A stretch of 64,000 bases of DNA from an uncultured Actinomycetes bacterium (GTDB lineage Bacteria; Actinomycetota; UBA4738; HRBIN12), in NCBI GenBank assembly GCA_963704885.1, contig CAVPIB010000007.1, positions 64,001-128,000 of the forward strand, in the 5' to 3' direction. The translations under genes and the position numbers were made by a program. Below, in pieces: positions 29,422 to 39,277 of the stretch (positions within the stretch are counted from its first letter, which is position 1; the number at the start of each line of letters is the position of its first letter). The notes under the pieces were generated by a model. The model did no database searches. It was not told the origin of the DNA and worked only from the letters and a program-made list of their open reading frames with translations.

Positions 29422-29921
29422 CCAGGCTCGTACCTCCCGAACCCCTGGAGGAGCGTCATCTCACGCTCGGCTTCAACTGTGGTGAGCCAGCTCTGGATGA
29501 CTGGTTGTCCAGGTACGCCCTGATCAGCGAGCGCTCGAGCACGGCGCGAACATACGTGACGCACGCCGGAAAGAACGAGGTGAAGGGTTTCTACACGCTT
29601 GCTGCGGGAAGCGTGTCACCCGACGCGGCTCCAGACCGAGTGAGCAAAGGGGGAGGGCAGCAGCAGGTACCTGTGATCGTGCTTGCCCGACTCGCTGTTG
29701 ATCAGAGCGTGCAGCGCCAGGGTGTAGGTAGAGGACTCGTCAAGGACGCACTCGTTCGCGTTGCCAGTGCCAGCAAGATCATAGGGATCCGAGCGGTTCT
29801 CGTTCACCTCAAAGACCCGGCGATGTCGGGCTTCTACGAGCAGTTCGACTTCGAGGCTAGTCCTACCGAGGAAGGCCAGATGTTCTTGCTCATGAAGGAC
29901 CTCTTGGCGGCACTCCCCTAG
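29418..29921 (+). CDS. GNAT acetyltransferase toxin (TacT/AtaT-like)
   Basis: F.CGEPALDDWL.RYA, ARTYV, GFYTLAAGSV, VPVIVLARLAVD...Q.QGVG..LVKDA, IGIRAVLVH, FYE.F.F; GTGA overlap. Confidence 0.88.
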   Translation: MTRLVPPEPLEERHLTLGFNCGEPALDDWLSRYALISERSSTARTYVTHAGKNEVKGFYTLAAGSVSPDAAPDRVSKGGGQQQVPVIVLARLAVDQSVQRQGVGRGLVKDALVRVASASKIIGIRAVLVHLKDPAMSGFYEQFDFEASPTEEGQMFLLMKDLLAALP

Positions 29922-30076
29922 AAGCACACTGTGATCGTTCGGAGGCCTCCGGCTTTCAGTCTCGGTCGGGGTGCTAGCCCGGGGGACTCCCTCCCCCTCG
30001 GACAGACCGTCCGGTGAACGGACCGTCCTGCGCCCTTCCCTCTGTCAACCTCAGATGAGGATCGTGGCCGCAGGAT

Positions 30077-30330
30077 TCAGACGGATCCGGAGCGCCGCCC
30101 GAGAGCCAGAGCCGATCGGCTGAGGGACGCCTCGGTCGTCGGTTGGAGTTGGAGGATCAGGTGGCCGATGTCGAGTGCTGCATACTCGTGGATGGCGCGG
30201 GCGAGCTCGTCGACCGAGCCGCTGAAGGAGGCGTCTTCTCCGTCTTCTTCGTCCGGCACGTCATGCGCGGGGTCGTGGACGACCATCCAAACCGTTCGTG
30301 TCTGAGAACCGCGATCGATCTCGTTCCCTG
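30077..30330 (-). pseudogene. Possible C-terminal remnant of a luciferase-like (LLM) oxidoreductase
   Basis: FSGSVDELARAIHEYAALDIGHLILQLQP resembles LLM C-termini; upstream sequence is degenerate. Confidence 0.3.
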
Positions 30331-30443
30331 AGCGCCCACGGGACCTTCGGTCACATCCGGCTCATGCCACGACGGCGCGCGCCGTGCCAGACTCCGCTTC
30401 CGCGAACCTGATCGGAGTTCAGTCGTTCGATATGGTGCGCCCG

Positions 30444-31520
30444 ATGCCGGTCCTGGAACTTCTCGGAGACGCCTTCGAGCGCGGCGTCGCCCATGGGCGG
30501 TTCGCCGCTACGGCCATCCGACGGTATTGGGAGGAGATGCTGCGCGACGTGGGTGAGCGGGTGGCGAACCCCATGTCGGAAGGCGAGCTCCGGGACTGGC
30601 TCCGACAGAAGATAGCGTTCGCGGCGCGGATCGAGCCCGGGATGGCGGAGGAGGTGCGCGGCGTCGCGATCGGAGCAGACGTCGACCTCGACGTCGCGTG
30701 GGCGATCGGGTTCGGGGAGGAGATCGGCGATCTCGCTGGGATGCTCGAGGGACCGTCTACGCCGCGATGTCTCGGGATCGTCGTGCCTCCAAGTCGGTCG
30801 TCGACCGGCGGATGGCTCCTGGCCCAGAGTTGGGACGGTCCCGAGTGGTCCGACGACGCCTGGGCGTTCGTGGTGCACGACGACGAAGGCGTGATCGCCT
30901 ACACGGCCGATCCCGGGTGGCTCGGAGGACCGGGTATCAACGCCCGAGGGATCGCGAGCGTTCACACGAGCGTACCCACCGTCGCGAGCCCAGCGGGGCT
31001 CCCCTACCCGTTCCTCGCCCGCCGGATCCTCCGTGCCGGCGATGCGGAGGAGGCGGCGATCGCCGTGTCCACGGTCACCCAGACCACAGGATGCAACTGG
31101 TTGATCGCGGCGGGGAGCGACGAGACCAACGTCCGAGCGGCTCACGATCGGACGGCGCGGTGGGATCTGGACGGGCTGTTCACCACGTGCACGCACTTCG
31201 ACGATCCGACGTGGGCCGACCTCGAACAGGGGGTGCCAGACAGCCACTTCCGCGCCGACCGGCTGCGCGCGCTCGCCGACGGCCATGCGCTCCTCACGCC
31301 CGACGAGGTGCTCGGTCTGTATGCGGACCACGCGGTGGGTCGGCACGGCTATGCGGTGTGTCAGCACGCGGGCGCTGGCTGGGCCGTCAAGGGTGTCACG
31401 GTCGTGGATGCCGCCACGTCATCGCTCTGGCTCCGACCCGGCCTTCCCTGCTCGGGTGCGCCCGTCACGCGGATCACGCTGCGGCCGAACGGTACGGCTG
31501 AGTGGGCAACCGATGCCTGA
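30444..31520 (+). CDS. C45 family autoproteolytic Ntn hydrolase/acyltransferase
   Basis: G.AFERG.AHG, EEVRGVA.GA, candidate nucleophile Cys in PRCLG, LLAQSWD, GIN.RG, CTHF. Confidence 0.7.
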   Translation: MPVLELLGDAFERGVAHGRFAATAIRRYWEEMLRDVGERVANPMSEGELRDWLRQKIAFAARIEPGMAEEVRGVAIGADVDLDVAWAIGFGEEIGDLAGMLEGPSTPRCLGIVVPPSRSSTGGWLLAQSWDGPEWSDDAWAFVVHDDEGVIAYTADPGWLGGPGINARGIASVHTSVPTVASPAGLPYPFLARRILRAGDAEEAAIAVSTVTQTTGCNWLIAAGSDETNVRAAHDRTARWDLDGLFTTCTHFDDPTWADLEQGVPDSHFRADRLRALADGHALLTPDEVLGLYADHAVGRHGYAVCQHAGAGWAVKGVTVVDAATSSLWLRPGLPCSGAPVTRITLRPNGTAEWATDA

Positions 31521-31631
31521 GCCGGAGCACGTGCTGACCGTGATCCTCGGCCACGTTGGGGTCGCACGGGAACGGGCCTTCCGCCCTCAGGCGCCGCCGA
31601 GTCGTCCCGACCGAGCCGCCGGGGCGCTCGC

Positions 31632-31859
31632 GTGGCGCTGATGATCCCGTGCGCCCACTGTGGACCTCGCGCGTTCACCGAGTTCAGCTTCGGCGGCGAG
31701 CTGAGGGCGCTCGACGCGCCCGATCCCGAGGCCGACTTCGCCCGGGTGTTCCTTCCCGAGAACCCGGCCGGGCCGCAGACGGAGCGCTGGTTCCATGCGC
31801 TCGGCTGCAAGACGTGGACGACGGTCACGCGCGATACGCGTACCAACGAGGTCGGCTGA
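31632..31859 (+). CDS. soxD: Sarcosine oxidase delta subunit-like protein
   Basis: IPCAHCGPR...EFSFGGE, NPAG...ERWFH..GC..W..V.RDTRTNE. Confidence 0.8.
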   Translation: MALMIPCAHCGPRAFTEFSFGGELRALDAPDPEADFARVFLPENPAGPQTERWFHALGCKTWTTVTRDTRTNEVG

Positions 31860-31860
31860 C

Positions 31861-34471
31861 GTGGGTTCGATCAGGTTCGAGGGCCGAGAGGTCGAGTTCG
31901 ACGAGGGCGACACGGTGGCCTCGGCGCTCTTCCGCCACGGCGTGCGCACGTTCTCGCGCTCGCTCAAGTACCACCGGCGGCGCGGGCTGTACTGCGGGAC
32001 GGGCGACTGCCCGAACTGCCTGATCACGGTCGACGGCGTGCCGGCCACCCGGTCGTGCCAGACGCCATGTCGCGACGGCCATGACGATCGAACGCGAGCA
32101 CGGGTGGCCCTCGACCGAGCGAGACCTGCTGCACATCACGGACTACGCTCCACCGTTTGATGCCGGTCGGCTTCTACTACAAGACGTTCATCAGGCCTCG
32201 GTTCGCGTGGGAGGTGGCCGAGAGGGTGATCCGCCGAGCCACCGGACTGGGCAAGCTCCCGGTCGTCGAGCGGTGCCTCGCGGATCGTCGTCCGACACGA
32301 GCGGACGGATGTGCTGGTCGTGGGCGCCGGGGCGGCAGGACTCCAGGCCGCGCTGGATGCGGCCGGTGGGGGCCGGCGCGTGATCATCTGCGACGAGTCG
32401 ACCATCGGCGCGGCGATCGCGCCTGGAGCGGCGCTCGACCGGGTACGCGCACTGGAGGCCGAGGTCCGCGCCAGGTCGGAGATCACCGTGCTCGAGGGCC
32501 ACGCCGCCATCGGGATCTACGAAGGGCTCGAGGTGCCGCTCGTATCCGAGGGCGAGTTCGTGCGCGTGCATCCCGAACGCGTCGTGGTCGCCACCGGCGC
32601 GGCGGAGATCCACCCGATCTTCCCGGGCAACGACCTCCCCGGCGTGTGGCTCGGCCGCGGCGCCGCGCGCATGGCGGGCGTCCACGGGGTTCCCCCGGGC
32701 GAGGTGGCCGTCGTCGTGGCCGGAACCGATGAAGCCCTCGCGCACGTGGAGACGCTGCGGGCCGCCGGGGTCCGCATCGCCGCGGTCGCGGTTCCGGCAG
32801 GCGCTCGCGGACCGCGTGCCCGCGGGGGTGGGCGAGATCGTCGTCGACGGTGTGGTGCACGAGGCGCGGGGTCGGAAGTCACTGGTCTCCGTGGTGCTCC
32901 GCCGCGGGACGGACGCGAAGCGGTTCGACTGCGACGTGCTGGTGCTCTCGCTCGGGCTCGCCCCCCGCGATGGGCTCGCGCGGATGGCGCTCCCGGGCGA
33001 GGCCGTCGAGCTGGTCGGCGACGCCGCCGGTCCCGACGCCACTCCCGCGACCGGGCGTGCCGGCACCGTCTGCCTCTGCGAGGACGTGTCGGTGCACGAC
33101 CTGCGTCAGGCCTTCGACGAGGGCTACCGCAACGTGGAGATCCTGAAGCGTTACACGACGGCAACGATGGGGCCTTGTCAGGGCGCTATGTGCGGCCGGG
33201 CGCTCGCGTACTTCTCCCGGGAGCGGAGCGGGGAAGGTGGGTTGCCCGACGGAGGGCCGCGCTTGAGCGCCCAGCGGACCACCGCCACGCCCTCCGGCGC
33301 GCCCGGTCACGCTCGAGACCCTGGCCGCGGGAGTGCACGAGCTCTTCGACAAGCGAACGTCGTTGCACGAGCTGCACGTCGCCGCCGGCGCCCGCCTCGA
33401 TCGCTCCGGAGGCTGGCTCCGTCCGCTCGGGTACCGAGACTGGCGCGACGAGTACCGGGCCGTACGCGAGCGCGTGAGCCTGATGGACGTCGGAACGCTC
33501 GGCAAGTTCGCGATAGCCGGGTCCGATGCGGCGCTGCTCGTCGACCGCATGTTCCCGTGCCGCACCCAGGACCTCATGCCCGGCGGCACGCGGTACGTGC
33601 TGAGCCTGGACGAGGCCGGGTACGTGATGGACGACGGCCTGCTGTGCGCCATCGGCGACGGCATCGTTCTACCTGACTTCAACCTCGGGTGGAGCGGGCC
33701 GTATGGACGCCGGAATCCGCGACCTCGCCGACCGCATGACGCTCGACGTTCACGTGCTCGACCGGACCGCGCAGTGGGGCGCGATCAACGTGGCGGGCCC
33801 CCACGCACGGGAACTGCTCGAGGGACTCACCGATGACCCCGTCGACGCGGGGTCGCTGCCCTACCCGGGTCATGCGGCCATCGTCGTCGCCGGCGTCCCG
33901 TGTCGGGCGATCCGCACCGGCTTCGTCGGTGAGCTCGCGTTCGAGCTCCACCATCCGCGCTCGCGAGGGCCCGAGCTGTGGGGCGCGCTGATGGAGGTCG
34001 GCGCCGACTGGGATGTGCTGCCTCACGGCCTCGACGCCCTCGAGCTGCTCCGGCTGGAGAAGGGGCACGTGTACCTCGGCCAGGACACCATGCCCGACGA
34101 CACGCCCGCGAAGCTCGGCATGGCGTGGGCCGTCGCGATGGACAAGGAGTGGTTCATCGGCAAGCGAGCGCTCGAGCGGTTGGCCGAGCTCCCCATGGGC
34201 CGGAGGCTCGTCGGATTCGAGTTCGACGGGGCACCGACCGACGTGGCGGAGCTCCGAGGGGCGCCGCTCCTGGTGGGCGGCGCGATGGTCGGCCGGGTGA
34301 CGTCGGCGGAACGCTCGATCGTGCTCGACCGCGCGATCGGGCTCGGCTGGTTGCGCGCTCAGAGACGGTGTCTTCCCGTCGGAGCTCGACGTCGCGGGGC
34401 ACCGCGGAGCACGAGCGCGTGTCGTGTCCACGCCGTTCTACGATCCCACCGGAGCGCGTGTCCGTGGCTGA
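31861..34471 (+). CDS. Sarcosine oxidase alpha-like multidomain protein (2Fe-2S, FAD/NAD, BFD-like, GcvT); about 8 frameshifts
   Basis: GDTVASAL, FSRSLKYHRRRGLYCGTGDCPNC, MPVGFYYKTF, VVGAGAAGL, VATGA.E....FPGND.PGV, CLCEDV, KRYTT.TMGPCQG, DVGTLGK, RTGFVGELAFEL, LRLEKGH, FYDP.G.RVRG*. Confidence 0.65.
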
Positions 34472-34883
34472 GCTCCGGCGCGGCCTCACCCACGGTCGTC
34501 GCGGTGCTCGCATCCGAGGCGGCCTGTGACCGCGTCGTCGCACCTTCGGGCGCGACCCTGTGCCGCGTGGCTCCGCGCGAGGTGCTCCTGATCGGCGACC
34601 TCGCGGTCGGGGACGTTCGCGTCCAGGAGGACTTCGCGATCGTGGAGGACGTCACCGACGGTTGGACCGCGTTCGAGCTCGTCCGGGGAGGACATCGCCG
34701 AGGTCTTCGCGCGCCTGTCCGAGCTCGCCGCTCCCCGAGGCGGGCTTCGCCCAGGGCGAGGTCGCGCGGATCGGCGCGAAGATCCTCGTCGAGCCCGGCC
34801 GCCTCACGATCCTGGTGCCGGCGATGCTCGGTGCGTTCATGGAGGAGCGCATCCGCGTGGACTGCGCGGAGGTGCTCGCGTGA
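34464..34883 (+). CDS. Sarcosine oxidase gamma-like subunit, frameshifted
   Basis: RVAPREVLL, VEDVTDGW..FEL, EVFARLS; position between the alpha- and beta-like genes. Confidence 0.45.
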
Positions 34884-36091
34884 CCGGGCTGTTGCGTCGC
34901 CGCGAGTTCCTGAGCCGTCGCGAGTTGAAGCCACGGTACGACGTCGTGATCGTCGGCGGCGGCGTCAACGGCCTCTCTCTCGCGTTCCACCTGGCCGAGT
35001 ACCACGGGATCCGCGACGTCGCGGTGCTCGAGCGCAACTACATCGGCAGCGGGGGCAGCGGTCGCAACACCCAGGTCGTGAGGGCCACCTACAACACGAC
35101 CGAGACCGTGCCGCTGTATGCGACCAGCCTGGGGATGTACCGGACGCTCTCGCAGGAGCTCGACTACAACATCCTGTTCAGCACCCAGGGGAACCTCGAC
35201 CTCTGCCACTCGACGGACACCCTTCAGGTCGAGCGGGAGAAGGTCGCGATCCACCGCCAGTACGGCGTCCAGACCGAGATGCTCACGCCGGAGCAGGTGC
35301 TCGAGGTCTGCCCGCTCGTCGACCTCACCGCGGGCGGCGAGCTGCCGGTGATCGGCGCCTCCCATCATCCGCCCGGCGCCTTCGCGCGCCACGACTCGGT
35401 CGTCTGGGGCTATGCGGCCGCCGCCAACCGGCGCGGGGTGCATATCCACGAGGGCGTCGAGGTGATCGGCATCGACGTGGCCGACGGGGTGTGCACCGGT
35501 GTCAGGACCACGGCGGGATCGGTCTCCGCCGGGCGCGTGGTCTCGGCGGTGGCCGGGCATTCGTCGGAGCTGGCGCGGATGGCGGGCGTCCGACTCCCCA
35601 TCGAGACGATGGCGCTCCAGGCGTTCGTGACCGAGGCTTACAAGCCGGTGCTGTGGGGCCTGGTCTCGTCGATGGACCTGTACGTCTACACCCAGCAGAC
35701 CGCCCGCGGCGAGCTGGTGGTGGGCGGCGAGACCCTCCCGTACAACACGTACTCGACGCGCTCGACGTTCGACTTCGCGGCCGAGACGGCCAAGCGCACG
35801 ATCCAGCTTCTGCCTTTCATGGCGAAAGCGCGACTGATGCGGCAGTGGACCGGCCTGTGCGACATGACGCCCGATTCATCACCGCTGCTGGGGGAGTCGG
35901 AGGTGGGGAACTTCTTCCTGATGTCGGGGATGGGTACCTGGGGGTTCAAGGGCGCCCCTGTCTTCGGAAGGACGATCGCCGAGCTGCTGGCGACCGGAAG
36001 GGTCGACCCGTTGATCGCACCGTTCGCGCCCGACCGCTTCCGCAACGACCGGATGGTCCCCGACGCCGCGAGCGCCGGGACGCATCGCTAG
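34880..36091 (+). CDS. soxB: Sarcosine oxidase beta subunit family FAD oxidoreductase
   Basis: YDVVIVGGG..GL..A..LA..HGI..VAVLE..YIGSGGSGRNT, ARHDSV.WGYA, LQAFVTE, RQW.G.CDMTPD.SP, GTWGFK. Confidence 0.8.
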   Translation: MTGLLRRREFLSRRELKPRYDVVIVGGGVNGLSLAFHLAEYHGIRDVAVLERNYIGSGGSGRNTQVVRATYNTTETVPLYATSLGMYRTLSQELDYNILFSTQGNLDLCHSTDTLQVEREKVAIHRQYGVQTEMLTPEQVLEVCPLVDLTAGGELPVIGASHHPPGAFARHDSVVWGYAAAANRRGVHIHEGVEVIGIDVADGVCTGVRTTAGSVSAGRVVSAVAGHSSELARMAGVRLPIETMALQAFVTEAYKPVLWGLVSSMDLYVYTQQTARGELVVGGETLPYNTYSTRSTFDFAAETAKRTIQLLPFMAKARLMRQWTGLCDMTPDSSPLLGESEVGNFFLMSGMGTWGFKGAPVFGRTIAELLATGRVDPLIAPFAPDRFRNDRMVPDAASAGTHR

Positions 36092-36117
36092 TCTGGCTGC
36101 GAGCAGCCGATCCGCGC

Positions 36118-36191
36118 TTGACAGCCTCCGACGAGCGAGCCTACGGTCCGCGAGCGCTGCGCTGAGCGGAGAGGGTTGCGGTATGCGAAAC
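36118..36191 (+). promoter_or_regulatory. IclR gene promoter TTGACA-N18-TACGGT and operator-like GTTGC-GGTATGC-GAAAC over the start codon
   Basis: -35 at 36118-36123, -10 at 36142-36147; operator at 36175-36191 differs by one base from GTTGC-N7-GCAAC. Confidence 0.5.
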
Positions 36192-36971
36192 ACCGAGGGT
36201 GCCAATCTCCAGTCCGTCGACCGGGCGATCCGGGCCCTCGAGTTGATCGCGGAGGCCGGGTCGCTCGGCGTCACCGAGCTGGGACGCCGTCTGGACGTCC
36301 ATAAGGCGACGGCCTCGCGGCTCGTGTCCACGCTCGCCGCGCGGGGTCTGGTCGAACGCGATCCGGTCACCGAGAGATACGGGTTGGGGTTCGGCTTGAT
36401 CCGACTGGCCGGCGCCGCTATGGCCGGCCTGGACCTGGTGCGGGCATCGCACCCCGTCCTGGAGGACCTCGCCGAGCGCACCCGCGAAACGGTGAACCTG
36501 GGCGTGCTCTCCGGCGACGCCGTGGTGTACGTCGATCAGGTCTCGGGGACCCGGGCGATCGTGAGCGTCAGCTGGGTTGGACGGCGCACGCCACTGCACT
36601 GCACGTCCAACGGGAAGGTGCTGTTGGCTCACCTGCCACCGGCGGAGCGCGACAGGTTGCTCGCACTGCCGTTGGAGCGGGCGACGCCGGCAACCATCGT
36701 TGATCCCGACGTCTTGAACTCGCAGCTACAGGAGATCAAGGTCCGCGGCTACGCGCAAACGCTGGAGGAGCTGGAGGAAGGGCTGAACGCGGTCGCGGCG
36801 CCGGTACGGCAGGCCGACGGGGAGGTCGTTTCGGCACTCTCGGTCTCGGGACCGGCGTTCCGCATGCGTCCGCTCGACCTGCCGCGCATCGCGCGACTGA
36901 CGGTGCAGGCGGCCGGTGTGGTGTCGCGAAGGCTTGGGTACGTGGATCGTGGACGGAGCGCCGCGGGGTGA
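36183..36971 (+). CDS. IclR family transcriptional regulator
   Basis: QSVDRA..LE, GVTEL...L.VHKATASRL, ETVNL, PLHCTSNGK.LLA, GYA...EE.E.GL.AVAAPV, ALSVSGP. Confidence 0.92.
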   Translation: MRNTEGANLQSVDRAIRALELIAEAGSLGVTELGRRLDVHKATASRLVSTLAARGLVERDPVTERYGLGFGLIRLAGAAMAGLDLVRASHPVLEDLAERTRETVNLGVLSGDAVVYVDQVSGTRAIVSVSWVGRRTPLHCTSNGKVLLAHLPPAERDRLLALPLERATPATIVDPDVLNSQLQEIKVRGYAQTLEELEEGLNAVAAPVRQADGEVVSALSVSGPAFRMRPLDLPRIARLTVQAAGVVSRRLGYVDRGRSAAG

Positions 36972-37003
36972 TGGTCACCGCGCGACGAAGGAGGGGCTGA
37001 GGG

Positions 37004-38044
37004 ATGTCGATCGAGTGGGATGCTCATCGCCGCCGGGTCTCGACGCTGCTCGACGCCATCGGCCGGACGCCGCTCGTGGATCTGACCCGCGTCGCGCCGC
37101 CGGGTCTCGAGCTGCTCGCGAAGGTCGAGTGGTACGGCCCCACGGGTTCGGTGAAGGACCGCATCTACGCGCACATGCTGACCCGAGCCGAGGAGCGCGG
37201 GGAGCTGCGACCGGGCATGACGATCATCGAATGCACCACCGGCAACGCCGGTATCGCGTGCAGCGCCGTCGCCGCGATCAAGGGCTACCCATGCGTCATC
37301 GTGATGCCGGAAGGCATGAGCCAGGAGCGCAAGCGGATGATCGCGGCCTACGGCGCGGAGTTGATCCTCACCCCCGGCGCCGGCACGGACATCGACCTCG
37401 CGCTTGCGAAGATGCGGGAGATCGTGGCGTCGGATCCGTCGGCCTACTTCTTCCCGGGTGAGTTCGAGAATCCCGACAACCCCCAGGCGCAGCTCGCGTC
37501 CGGCGAGGAGATCTGGGAGCAGGCCGAGGGCCGTATCGACGCCGTGGTCGGCTCCCAGGGGACCGGCGGATGGATCACCGGCGTGACGCGGGCGCTGAAG
37601 GGGCACGACGCGCAGGTGCGCTCGTTCGCGGTGGAACCTTCGGAGTGCCCGTTGATCTCGGAGCGGCGGTGGGGGACCCACGGCGTCCCGGGCATCGGGG
37701 ACGGCATCATCCCGTCCAACCTGGACCTCGGCGTGCTGGATGGCGTCGTGACGGCCTCGACCTCCGAGGCGCTCGACATGGCGGGCCGGCTTGCCCGCGA
37801 GGAGGGATTGCTTTGCGGGCCGTCTTCGGGCATCAACGTGGTGGCCGCACTCAAGGTCCACGCGAGGCACCCGGAGCTCGCGCGGATAGTGACGCTCATC
37901 GCCGACACGGGGCAGCGCTATCTATCGGGGGAGCTGTTCGGGGACCGACCCGACGTGGAGGAACCTGAGCGTCCCCACGTGATCGACGCTCGAACCCTCG
38001 AGCAGCTCGACGCGAACCGCGACAGACTGGAGTTCATCGCCTGA
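37004..38044 (+). CDS. PLP-dependent cysteine synthase / cystathionine beta-synthase family protein
   Basis: IGRTPLV, K.E...PTGSVKDR, E.TTGN.G, GTGG, PGIGDG, EEGLL.GPSSG.N, DTG.RYLS. Confidence 0.8.
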   Translation: MSIEWDAHRRRVSTLLDAIGRTPLVDLTRVAPPGLELLAKVEWYGPTGSVKDRIYAHMLTRAEERGELRPGMTIIECTTGNAGIACSAVAAIKGYPCVIVMPEGMSQERKRMIAAYGAELILTPGAGTDIDLALAKMREIVASDPSAYFFPGEFENPDNPQAQLASGEEIWEQAEGRIDAVVGSQGTGGWITGVTRALKGHDAQVRSFAVEPSECPLISERRWGTHGVPGIGDGIIPSNLDLGVLDGVVTASTSEALDMAGRLAREEGLLCGPSSGINVVAALKVHARHPELARIVTLIADTGQRYLSGELFGDRPDVEEPERPHVIDARTLEQLDANRDRLEFIA

Positions 38045-38060
38045 GGTCCCGCTGAGGAGA

Positions 38061-38076
38061 TTGAACCGTCGTTCAG
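38061..38076. promoter_or_regulatory. Putative TetR/BetI-type operator TTGAAC-CGTC-GTTCAG
   Basis: Overlaps a probable -35; -10-like TATGCT at 38086-38091. Confidence 0.45.
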
Positions 38077-38098
38077 TTCTCGCGATATGCTGCTCGCC

Positions 38099-39277
38099 GT
38101 GAGCACCTATCGCATGGGCGATGAGGACCGGGAGATCCAACAGCGTGCTCGGCGCTTCGCGGACGAGGAGTTGATCCCCTGGGAGCTCCACGCCGAGGAG
38201 CACGAGGGCCAGATCGCCGTCGAGATCGCCCAGCGCCATCACGACCTGGCGATCGAGCTCGGGCTGTTCGCCATGAACATGCCGGTCGAGCTCGGGGGGA
38301 CCGGCATGACCATGCTCCAACAGGTTCTCGTGTCCGAGCAGCTCGGCCGGGTCACCAACGCCCTCGGGTGGTGCGTGCACACGCCGCCCGCGTGGGCGCC
38401 GGCGGTGTGCACGCCTCACCAGATCGAGACCTGGATCCGCCCGACCGTGGCGGGTGATATCCACGAGTGCTACGCGATAACCGAGGCGGGGGCCGGCTCG
38501 GACGTGGACTCCATCGCCGCCACCGCACGGCGCGACGGCGACGACTACGTACTGCGTGGCGAGAAGATGCACGTGACCTCGTTCAACAAGGCCGCGTACT
38601 GCTTCTTCCAGGCCAAGGTCGTCGGCGGATCGAACGAGGGCGCGCACGCCATGTTCTTCGTGGACAAGAGCACCCCCGGCGTTCGCCTGATCCGTGAACC
38701 GAAGTACACGCACACGTATCCCGATTCACACGCGGTGGTGGCCTTCGAGGATGTGCGCGTGCCGGCGGCGAACCTCGTCGGAGACGAGGGTGACGGCATG
38801 GCCTTCACCTACGAGTGGTTCCGCTACGAGCGATTGATGATCGCCGCGCGCTGCTGCGGCGCCATGGAACGACTCATCGATGAGGCGACGGCGTTCGCGA
38901 AGGAGCGGGTTCAGTTCGGGCGGCCGATCATCCAGAACCAGGCGATCGGTCACATGCTCGCCGACTCGTTGACCGACTTGTGGGCGTCGCGGCTGATGAC
39001 CTACGAGCTGGCGCGCGGCATAGACAGTGGCCTGGACGTGAAGATCCAGCACGCGCGGTGCTCCATGGCCAAGCTGTTCGCCTCCGAGGCCGCGAACCGT
39101 GTTGCCGACCGGGCCGTGCAGATCTTCGGGGGGCGCGGCTACATGCGAGAGAACGTGGCCGAGCGCTTCTGGCGCGAGCTGCGCGTGGATCGGATCTGGG
39201 AGGGGACGTCCGAGATCCAGCGCTCGATCGTGGCCGATCAGCTCGCGAAGCGCGGGGCGCGAGGTCTGATCGGATAG
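38099..39277 (+). CDS. Acyl-CoA dehydrogenase (start uncertain: 38087, 38099 or 38114)
   Basis: YAITEAGAGSD, L.GEK, G.EG.G, ERVQFG.PI, AKLFASE, AVQIFGGRGY, RIWEGTSEIQR. Confidence 0.9.
   Translation: MSTYRMGDEDREIQQRARRFADEELIPWELHAEEHEGQIAVEIAQRHHDLAIELGLFAMNMPVELGGTGMTMLQQVLVSEQLGRVTNALGWCVHTPPAWAPAVCTPHQIETWIRPTVAGDIHECYAITEAGAGSDVDSIAATARRDGDDYVLRGEKMHVTSFNKAAYCFFQAKVVGGSNEGAHAMFFVDKSTPGVRLIREPKYTHTYPDSHAVVAFEDVRVPAANLVGDEGDGMAFTYEWFRYERLMIAARCCGAMERLIDEATAFAKERVQFGRPIIQNQAIGHMLADSLTDLWASRLMTYELARGIDSGLDVKIQHARCSMAKLFASEAANRVADRAVQIFGGRGYMRENVAERFWRELRVDRIWEGTSEIQRSIVADQLAKRGARGLIG

Noticed and set aside
29922-30076. Short palindromes after the GNAT toxin as tRNA, att site or ncRNA
   Set aside because: No cloverleaf or T-loop, and no matching direct repeat found elsewhere in the window
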